The notes under the pieces: generated by a model
Databases searched by the model: none
Told to the model about the DNA's origin: nothing
The model's input: only the letters and a program-made list of their open reading frames with translations
Shown: in pieces, positions 1 through 8,206 of the stretch
Position numbering within the stretch: the stretch's first letter is position 1
Layout of the letters: each line of letters begins with the position of its first letter
Translations under genes and position numbers: made by a program
Assembly (NCBI GenBank): GCA_002104905.1
Contig: MCFE01000213.1
Location: 63,206-127,205 of the forward strand
Direction: 5' to 3'
DNA: 64,000 bases
Source of the DNA: Basidiobolus meristosporus CBS 931.73
Lineage: Eukaryota > Fungi > Basidiobolomycota

Positions 1-479
1 TTTCTCCGTGAATTTGCCTTGCTCGATGATTCGATCAAAAAGCTCACCTCCACGAACACTGTAAATTGGGAGTTACTCACCATATCTGACGAAAGGATCG
101 CAGGAAAGGCCAGGGCAAAGATACTTACAGCTCGAATACCAAATAGAATTTTGTTTTTGATTCGAACCAGTCAATCAAGCCTACCACATTGGGATGTTGG
201 AGTTTTTTGACCGTCGCAAGCTCTCTATAAACCATATCCAGGCGATCACCTAAGCGTTCCTTCAGTATAACCTTGATCGCCACCAGTTGTCCTGTTTTAG
301 TAACTTGAGCCTCCTTCACTTCTCCATAACTGCCAGAACCTAAGAAGAATGTATTTTGTGGGTAGGTTGATTTTACGGCCCTTGGTCTATTTCCAGATAC
401 CTAGTACTTTCCCGATCTTGTACTGCCTTTTTTTTTCGTGGCTAGCTGGTTGTCCTAGAAGTTTATCAACCAAGTTCAT
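1..479 (-). CDS. Ca2+/calmodulin-dependent protein kinase (CMK1/CMK2-like), 5' part; exons 479-401, 339-129, 58-<1
   Basis: Spliced translation MNLVDKLLGQPASHEKKRQYKIGKVLG|SGSYGEVKEA..VAIKVI..RELATVKKLQHPNVV..FYLVFE|LVRGGELFDRIIEQGKFTEK contains GxGxxG, VAIK and HPN motifs. GT-AG introns 400-340 and 128-59 keep the frame. The gene continues beyond the window start. Confidence 0.92.
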
Positions 480-980
480 ACTCGCTTATACTGGCTGGAT
501 ATTTGTAGACAAATGACTAGCAAAGGGTGGAAGTAATAGCGTTATAATGGTATTGGCTATTCTAGTCATGTGGATACCCTATCACCTAACCCTCGGCGAC
601 CAAATCAAGCCAGTTTCAACTCAATGTTCATCAATGAGCTTAGCCAATGGACAGCAGGCTCGCACACAAGTATAATCAGGATATAGAGAGCATATGTAAA
701 ACGATTGGTTTTGGCTAGGATTATAGAGACATCAATATCCAAGCCCATGTGCCTCTATACCCGGGTTTCATGGCCAGCATATGTATAGATAATCTAAGGG
801 CTGATTTAAGATCCCTTATCATCCAATAGCTCCACTACCACTCCAGCATACAAGCAGGTAAATCTTAGCATCAGAGGTAGCGTGTAGAAATCGCTTCTCA
901 TAAATAAGTTGCGTAGCTTATGTGTAAGCATCTTGGTGAAAGGACGACTATTGCACAAGCGGGGCTAGTAATCAGTGCAA

Positions 981-1462
981 TTACTCAATGTAGAATACAA
1001 ACAATCCAAAGATGGTGATTGGCTTCAGGCACATGGTCCTGTTCTTTGAATCGTAATCTGCCAATTTAATCATGAATAGATCAAGTGAATATCTATATGC
1101 AAAATACTCAACGTGACCCCCTCCGCCATACCAGACCCCTGTTCTCTCGGTATTCGGTAAGAGTTTCGCATTAGGATCAAGAGATTCCCTCGATTGCTGA
1201 AACAGACGCATGATCAAAACGGCTTGAACGTTGTTTGTAACATATTGGCTTATATGCATCATCAGTAACAATACCTCATCGACAAGGAAATATACCGCTT
1301 GTGAAATACGGAAGCCACGATTCTAACCGTTTCGGCTATAGAGATAAATGCTCAAAGGATCAATGTTCCGCCCATTCTATTTTCATTTCTCTTTTTCTAT
1401 CAGAATATCTAACAGACATTCTGAGCCAAGATTCCTTCAGAATCACAGTGTTTCGAAGCCAT
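981..1462 (-). CDS. Possible spliced gene of unknown function
   Basis: ORF 981-1271 (..GVWYGGGGHVEYFAY..) joins in phase to an upstream exon (NRGFRISQAVYFLVDE) through a gtattg...ttcag intron. A candidate ATG lies at 1462. No domain recognised. Confidence 0.3.
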
Positions 1463-1541
1463 ACTTTTTTAGTTGACTGTTCTGGTGGGTGGTGAATTGT
1501 TCCTGGAAAGCAGCATATTTCTAAGCAATACTATTGTAGCG

Positions 1542-2078
1542 ATGAGACCACATATGTTCCTCTGGGCACTGCTAGGCTTTGTTTTACCAAACGCGCCCTT
1601 AGGCTCAGCACGGTTAAGTAAGTTACCATCTTCTAGATACCGAGCACAATAGAATATCTTGATGCTACGCTTCAGGCCAATCATAGTCATCAACGTTAAC
1701 CTGTTATTTTCTCAAGTCCATGGAACCCCACGTCAATCATACAAAGGGTTGGTGCTACTAGAGCCAAAAGCTTTAAATATCGAATATAAACACGAAATCC
1801 CGTTGGTAATTTCCGCGGAGGAGAAGCTTGAACAACCGCCCGTATGCTTGGCAACTCAGCATGCCTCGGCAATTGAAATCAAGACAGTAAGGCTTGACAA
1901 AGTGATTGGCAATGTATACAACTACACCATCATTTCCGAGGGAGAGCTCCCGCGTTCCGCCAGCGTTTCACTTACTTGTGAAGCGTTAACCAAGGGGGCC
2001 CAGCCTAGCAAAGTTACATTAAACCAGGATTTTGTATTTAAGCACTTCTCAGATACAAAAAAAGGAATCAGCAAATAG
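1542..2078 (+). CDS. Putative small secreted protein (~145 aa); exons 1542-1617 and 1717-2078
   Basis: Exon 1 encodes a signal-peptide-like MRPHMFLWALLGFVLPNAPLGSARL. A gtaagt...ttttctcaag intron (1618-1716) joins it in phase to ORF 1659-2078. No domain recognised. Confidence 0.55.
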
Positions 2079-2751
2079 ATTCAAATCCCTCGTGGAATAA
2101 TAACATATTCTATAAAACTGCCAATAAACATTCGTAGAAATCAGCTTGGGTACATGTGTCTCTCGCACTGCACTATCCACTTGGTGATCAAGTGTAACAT
2201 GTGGGCGACCAAGTGGCTTTCAGCCATACAGTCCAATACAGTCATTCCTTGGCCCGAATCTACCGTGGCAGATGGTTCGAGGCCAACCAAATTTAGCTGA
2301 TATTCCCTTCTCCCAAGTTACACGCCAGATAGGTATATTGGTTGTTCCATGTTTTGTTTTCCCGCCTCAGATGATTAGCCTATATACAGGTTTCTGGTGG
2401 CTCACTGGACTGCGAATACGGTGTATTTGGATTTATTATCTCAAATAGTCAATGACAGAACCCAAGTATGAACAAGGCGGGTTCTGTAACAATGATCGGG
2501 AAAATGGATATTTTCGTTTAACCAGCCTTGCGTTTCAAGCGGACAAATTGATTTGTACATAATGTGAAGTATCTGAAAGAGGGTTGCATTTGGCCTGAAA
2601 AGTGTCGGATGCCCGAGTAAAGGGTATAAAGCTTTGGTATGGAGGTGGGTGTCGGCAAAGAGGGATAGAAACAAAATACATGGAATGGGGCAAAAATCTA
2701 ACAAAAGCTTTTATACAAAATACCGGAGGGAATTTTCGGCTTGGCCACTTC

Positions 2752-4122
2752 TCAGCAGGGGTAGAAAGGATTTTCTCGACTCTGCGTCAAATCCAACTGG
2801 TCATTGATAGGTAGACTGTAGGCACTTGACTGGGACAAACAATTATCAGAGTCGCTATAGTAGATATTCATGTCAGGCTCGCTGTTGAACCCTTGGTTGA
2901 GAGCCTGATAACTTTGGAGCTGGTTTTCCGCAAACATCATGTCAATAGAGCTTGATCTGGTAGGCGTCCAACCAATGATGCTGGGATCCTCAAATGATGA
3001 TTCCATCATGTTGGGTGTACACGGCGAGTCCATGCCAAAGTTTTCAGACATATCGTTCCCCAAAAGGTCAAGGATGGCATTTGGATCACAGCCTGAGTAG
3101 AACGAGGTTTCGGTTTCGGTGAAGCTGTTACTTGGGGTGAAGAGTTGGCCGTTGTAAAACGATTGAGGAGCATTCACGAATTTTGGTGTGAAGAGTTTAG
3201 CCTCAACGTTCATACTCATTTGAGGAGTAGCTTCGCCGGCTGGTGATGGGTTTGCACTTGGAATCGCCAACGGAGACTGCGAGGGTCGGGATGATGCTTC
3301 GGGCAACTGAACCATCTGAGAATACGACCCAGCCTTTACTCGGGTACTGTTGTTGTGGCCAAAGCTTTTTCTTTTAGTTGATAGTCTATAAGACGACTTC
3401 AGATTTTGGGGGGTATTCAGCTCCTCAGGAACAGCTTTCTTGATTTTCTTCTCATTGGAATTTTCGGTGTCTTCCTCCAGGTCACGCTTGTTCACCCTTT
3501 CGCCTTTCTCGCATGTGGCGTTGCTTTTGGGCACCGAGGCACTATCTTTGTCGTGCTTCTTTTCTAGGTCGTAGCCTTTTGGAATGTCCAGCTGACCATT
3601 TTTGAAGAACTTTTGGTAGTCTTCCTTCACAATCCAGTAGCTCCCTTTTCCAGGAGTACCCTTCTCCTTCGGAAGTTGTTCGAATGCTCGGTGAAGCGAC
3701 AGATTATGGCGAATAGAGTTCTACACGAGAAGACCCCGGTTTAGTGTACATATACCAAAAACGCATTATTGCCACTTTACCTGCCACTGCTTACTGCAGT
3801 ACTGATAGTATACGTAGTGTTGTTTAATGTAGGTATAAATATCTTGTAGGAGTAGGCGCTGTTCTGGTGAACTTAATATAGCCTGGGTGATGAGCGAAGC
3901 ATAAGTGAAATCTGGCTCAAGCACCATGCCTTTCGGAGTAAAGGCGTAGTTGCGTTGTGAATTGTGGGAGTGAAATGGGATTTCGTATGGATAAATATCG
4001 GTGACTGGGGTAGAAGGAAGACTAGAGAAGGAACAGTCGGAGGTAACTGAGGATTCTCTTGAATAACTAGGTAACGACATGACCTCATGTGCGAAACCAA
4101 TATAGTCTGTGAATTGTTGCAT
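2752..4122 (-). CDS. Forkhead (winged-helix) transcription factor, no FHA domain seen; exons 4122-3781 and 3720-2752 (~436 aa)
   Basis: PDFTYASLITQAILSSPEQRLLLQDIYTYIKQHYVYYQYCSKQWQ|NSIRHNLSLHRAFEQLPKEKGTPGKGSYWIV is a canonical forkhead domain split by a 60-bp GT-AG intron (3780-3721). First in-frame ATG is at 4122. Confidence 0.92.
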
Positions 4123-4680
4123 CGTTTGAATCAGTGGTGTGGAAGCGAATATAGGATGGTGGAAGTTGATGTGGTATGAAGGGGGAATGAAAGAAGACAA
4201 GCCAGCTAGGTCTGTGCTATTTTTGTAAACAGAAGAATCACCAGGACTATACGATCGCAAGTTTTGTTGGCCAGCATTGTTTGGAGTTTTATATGATCGG
4301 GGTTTATCAGGGATTTACCACAGGGGGATCCCCTGGTCAGATAAGCGATGGCCGAGAATTCGATCCGAGAAGAGCTGGTGGTGAGACAGAATTTTGTCTG
4401 GAAGAGACCAACAGATTGTGGATGTAGCTGTTACAAAGCGGATAGCCGATTTTCCATTGTACGCGGTCTACTCTTGAGAAAGAACTGCCCATAGTCCATC
4501 CGTTCTAAAGAGTTGTGCTTATAGCCATTTTCTGGTAGACTATCGGCTTTGATGTAACACTATACATATATCAGTCGATCATAGGCTCTCGGGGGATAAA
4601 TTTGATACCTACCACTGACGAAGCCATCCACCTGGCATTATGAACCTGATCTGCTCAAAACGTAACTGCCCACTCATAGA

Positions 4681-4688
4681 GTAAACAA
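4681..4688 (+). promoter_or_regulatory. Forkhead-binding consensus GTAAACAA upstream of the forkhead gene
   Basis: Exact motif ~560 bp upstream of ATG 4122; a second copy is at 5749-5756. Motif match only. Confidence 0.3.
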
Positions 4689-5771
4689 ATCCGAGGCTCC
4701 ATAGCCAATCAATGGTGTATCAACAAAGGGGGCAGGGGAATTTCTGCCAATCAGTGGGTCCCCCTATCTTTTGGGCGTAGTATTTATTTGGACTTATGAG
4801 CGTGTCCAATCAAGTAGCAATGATCTTGGGTTAGGTTACTCCCATCCGTGGGCAGGGTATCTGGATAAACTTGTAAACTTGTACATATTATTCATATTTA
4901 TGGAATGATGATTCGCCTTGACTCTGAACTGGTGATAGATTTGCCGACTGACTCTCCAAACGCTAGCATAAATGCAGCGTTGATTAATATGCCCGGTCCT
5001 GCATTAAGCAAGTAGGATTTCAAGTTAGCAGGCGGTACGATTATATATAGCTTTTACCATTGTATATAGCTCGTAATATCATAGTAATGCTTGAAAGGAA
5101 GCCTATAAACCACGGTTGTATCGAATATTAGGCACTTGGATGCCATTTTGAAAATCTCCACCTCTTCCAAAAACAACCACCATCAAAAGCTAAATGGATA
5201 TTAGCACGAAATCGATCCTTTTGGCCGAATCACTGACCAATAGATTCTTAGATACTGTATGAGAATATACCTTGCCATTGGGCTGTATATCTAGCATATA
5301 TAACCAGAGTAATATCTCAAAATTAGTCGCACACTGTTGAAAGGAATTCAACAGTGATCAACTTGAGTTTAAACATGTTTTTTACTCGGGTTGTTTGCCA
5401 TATCCTCATAACAAAAGCTGGTATTATTCAACTTACGATATAAGAGGATTGCCAAGGCAAAGTAATATAGATATTTTGTGCCTGTGCATATACTGATTAT
5501 ATAGATATAGATCACGCATTTCATATTAAGGGCTCAAATAAAGGTCCCTCAATATTTCAATTGTCTTGCTTGCTTCTAGGGCCAAGTATATACAAAGCGA
5601 ATTAGTCTAGACCTGAAAGAACCTATGGATGCGTCTCCATCACTTATATAATACTCAAACAATACGGCTTGCAAGCTGTAGACTTTTGCTGATGCAAGCA
5701 GCAGATCTTCAATGCTTTGTAACAGATCAAATATTCTAACTTGCTCAAGTAAACAAAACTGTACAACATAC

Positions 5772-6232
5772 TGTTATAAACTTCATGATTACACCCGAAT
5801 AGTTACCAAACTTAGTCACTTTGATTTCTGTCTACAAAGATTAGTGAATTCTGGTCAATTCCTTGTTGGGACTTACTTTGAATATTTTCACCCAAACATC
5901 AAGTACCCAGAGCATGAGACATCTTAAGAATGACCAAACAGCCTCAATCTTTGCACATATGCTCTTGGGGCCTTCCTAAACTGAAATTTTCCATGTGATG
6001 AAAATTTGGATGGATCTAACTACACAGATCAGAGGTGAAGATGATGATGGTACTACATTAGCAAGGCCTTTGCTATATTCTTATGGGAGAAGATTGCCTT
6101 CCTAAGAATGTAGCAGTGGAAGCCTTAAAGTACTACAAAAAGAATAAAGTGCCTTCAACTGCATTTACCTTAGCATTTAAGACAAATTGCTAATTCAATG
6201 CTCAAGAGAAAAACAGCAAAGAATGTCTGGAA
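5772..6232 (+). mobile_element. Decayed Ty1/Copia element A0, 5' part (degenerate LTR plus start of gag)
   Basis: tgttataa.. LTR homologous to 20933-21278, followed by degenerate gag (..LDGSNY..) ending ..gaatgtctggaa. It resumes at 21279. Confidence 0.8.
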
Positions 6233-6321
6233 TGTTGTAAAAATTTGTAATTCCACCTAGATATTCACCTAACTTAGTCACTTAGATCATAACCTTCAAA
6301 TCCTAGGGAATACTGACCAAG

Positions 6322-6850
6322 TGTCATGATCACATGACAACCATGAACACCCATGCCAAGTTTCAGCTTCCCAGCTCAATTTCTAAGAGATTCCTTCCGG
6401 AACCTTCTACCACCTTCCAGAAAGTTCCTGACCATTCCAAACCATTGTTACACAATGGAACATTCCATGGAAGCTTTCCATTGTATTTTTTATAGTCCAG
6501 TACCATATATGGAAATACCAGGTCACATGACTTAGTCACATGATCAGGTGACCCAATCCATTTCCCCATCCTGTCTCAGTACCGTGTCATCTATGTCATT
6601 ATCCCCAGCACCATTGCTGTGCCTCACCCCACAACCCCATTAGTATTAGCTAACATCTCTCGGCATCAATATAGCCAAAAAGTATATATAGTCCTATCCC
6701 CCCTTAAGTATTCCTCAGTCTGATAAACACAGGTCTTGAATAAACAGCCTTGCCTTGGAAATCTGTCTTGCCTTGTTGATCCACACCTAAGTCCTTTCCT
6801 TGTCCTGCCTTGCCTTGCTCTACTCTCCTGCCTTGTGTCTATTCATAACA
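6322..6850 (+). repeat. Chromovirus 5' LTR (CArG box 6503-6512, TATA ~6683-6690, AATAAA 6739-6744)
   Basis: TGTCATG...ATAACA, a direct repeat of 11711-12239. Confidence 0.97.
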
Positions 6851-6852
6851 GT

Positions 6853-6863
6853 TTTATCAGACT
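6853..6863 (+). promoter_or_regulatory. Self-priming PBS (Tf1-type)
   Basis: TTTATCAGACT is the exact reverse complement of LTR 6717-6727 (AGTCTGATAAA), ~27 nt downstream of the TATA box. Confidence 0.8.
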
Positions 6864-6911
6864 CCCCTGACTTACCTGTGGATCCCTGCCTTCTGCCCAA
6901 AGTTTGAAGAA

Positions 6912-7235
6912 AACTTGTAAAAGGAATACTCACCGTAAGTATCACCCATCATCTTTCCCTAGTCTTGTCCTATAAAGGCAAAGATACTTTATCTTTGTAA
7001 AACTATTGGTCAAAGCTGCATTCACTTTATTACCCTGCTGGTGGAGTTTACAGTTGTTACAGTATTGGAAGCTTTAGTACAATACTCTATCAAAGGACGT
7101 TGAAACCAGTACCTTCTGAAGTGACGCTAACTTATTTAAGTTGGGGATTGTGGCTCAATAGTTGTATTCTTGACATACTAGTGGCTTTACAAACCCACAA
7201 CCTAGTTTAGTATATTCCAGTATTCCTTGCAAGTT
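6912..7235 (+). ncRNA. Putative structured cis-acting leader RNA, shared with LTR family C
   Basis: Roughly three-quarters identical by eye to the reverse complement of 60969-61296. Closing helix 6921-6930/7219-7228 plus inner helices with compensatory changes. Confidence 0.6.
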
Positions 7236-7256
7236 CACCCGCCTTCCTCTGCTACC

Positions 7257-8189
7257 ATGTCCAACCTAGAGCTGAACTTTGCCCAGCTCATGGCTGCCTT
7301 TACCCAACTGCAGCAAGACCATGCAGACCTCAGAAACACTCTTGCTCAGTTCCAGAACCAAAGTGTCCAGCAAACTAGCCAGGTCCCAGTCTACCAAGAA
7401 CCCAAGTATACTCCTGCTACCAAGTTCAATGGCTCTCAGAATGAATTCCGTGGCTTCATCAACATGGTGAAGAACAACCTTGCACTCCAGCCCAACCGGT
7501 ACCCCACTGACCAGGCCAAAGTTGGTTTCATCTCCAACCTGCTTACTGGTACAGCTCTCAAGTGGTTCTCCCCATTAGTGGAGACCAACTCTCCCCTACT
7601 CAGAGACTACCAAGCCTTTCTCACTGAAATGGAGCTAACATTTGGTAACCTTGACCAAGCCAGAACTGCTGCCAACAAGATCAAGACCCTCAAGCAAGGG
7701 AACAAGCCAGCATCAGTCTATGCCTCAGAATTCCGACAACTCTCCAGTGACCTCAGCTCCTGGGGTCAAGCAGCCTTGATTAGCCAATTTCAAGATGGCC
7801 TCAATGATGAAGTTTGTGATCTGCTACTCACACTCCCAGATCCGGATACATTGGTTGAAGCTATGCACCAAGCAATCCGGTGTGATAACAGACTATTCCA
7901 GAAGAAGCAAAAGAACCGTCAAAGACACATTCCTGTTGCATTCCCAGCTCCTCCTGCTCCCCAAGTCACTCCAGAAGATCCTATGCAGATTGATAGTGCC
8001 AAATACAAGAAACTATCAAAGAGTGAAAAGTCCAGACGTCAACAAGCCAACCTCTGTCTATACTGTGGCCAACCAGGTCACTTTGCCAAGTCCTGCCCCA
8101 ACAAGAAGTCCAGCTTCAAGCTGATGCAGTCCTCCAGCAACCAACCTGATCCAGATCTGTTGGGAAACTCCAATGTCCAGTTGCACTGA
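7257..8189 (+). CDS. gag: Chromovirus Gag (capsid plus CCHC zinc knuckle)
   Basis: Open frame from ATG 7257, with retrotransposon capsid-like sequence and [14 protein letters not shown]. Confidence 0.95.
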   Translation: MSNLELNFAQLMAAFTQLQQDHADLRNTLAQFQNQSVQQTSQVPVYQEPKYTPATKFNGSQNEFRGFINMVKNNLALQPNRYPTDQAKVGFISNLLTGTALKWFSPLVETNSPLLRDYQAFLTEMELTFGNLDQARTAANKIKTLKQGNKPASVYASEFRQLSSDLSSWGQAALISQFQDGLNDEVCDLLLTLPDPDTLVEAMHQAIRCDNRLFQKKQKNRQRHIPVAFPAPPAPQVTPEDPMQIDSAKYKKLSKSEKSRRQQANLCLYCGQPGHFAKSCPNKKSSFKLMQSSSNQPDPDLLGNSNVQLH

Positions 8190-8206
8190 CAGGCTTGCAA
8201 CTGGAC
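8162..8206 (+). promoter_or_regulatory. -1 programmed ribosomal frameshift signal
   Basis: G GGA AAC at 8162-8168, a 6-nt spacer, and a perfect 11-bp stem 8175-8185/8196-8206. pol is in the -1 frame. Confidence 0.85.

Noticed and set aside
2441-2814. ORFs 2441-2704 (-) and 2602-2814 (+)
   Set aside because: They overlap the forkhead 3' end or UTR, lack ATG starts, and show no splice support or domain.
6353-6569. Small ORFs in the chromovirus LTRs (repeated at 11742-11958) and in LTR C (61173-61445)
   Set aside because: They appear twice only because the LTRs are duplicated, have non-ATG or weak starts, and show no domain.
6912-7235. Assigning the leader module to hammerhead, hairpin, HDV, twister or pistol ribozymes, or to a tRNA/snoRNA
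   Set aside because: The catalytic or box consensus motifs were not visible, so it is left unassigned.
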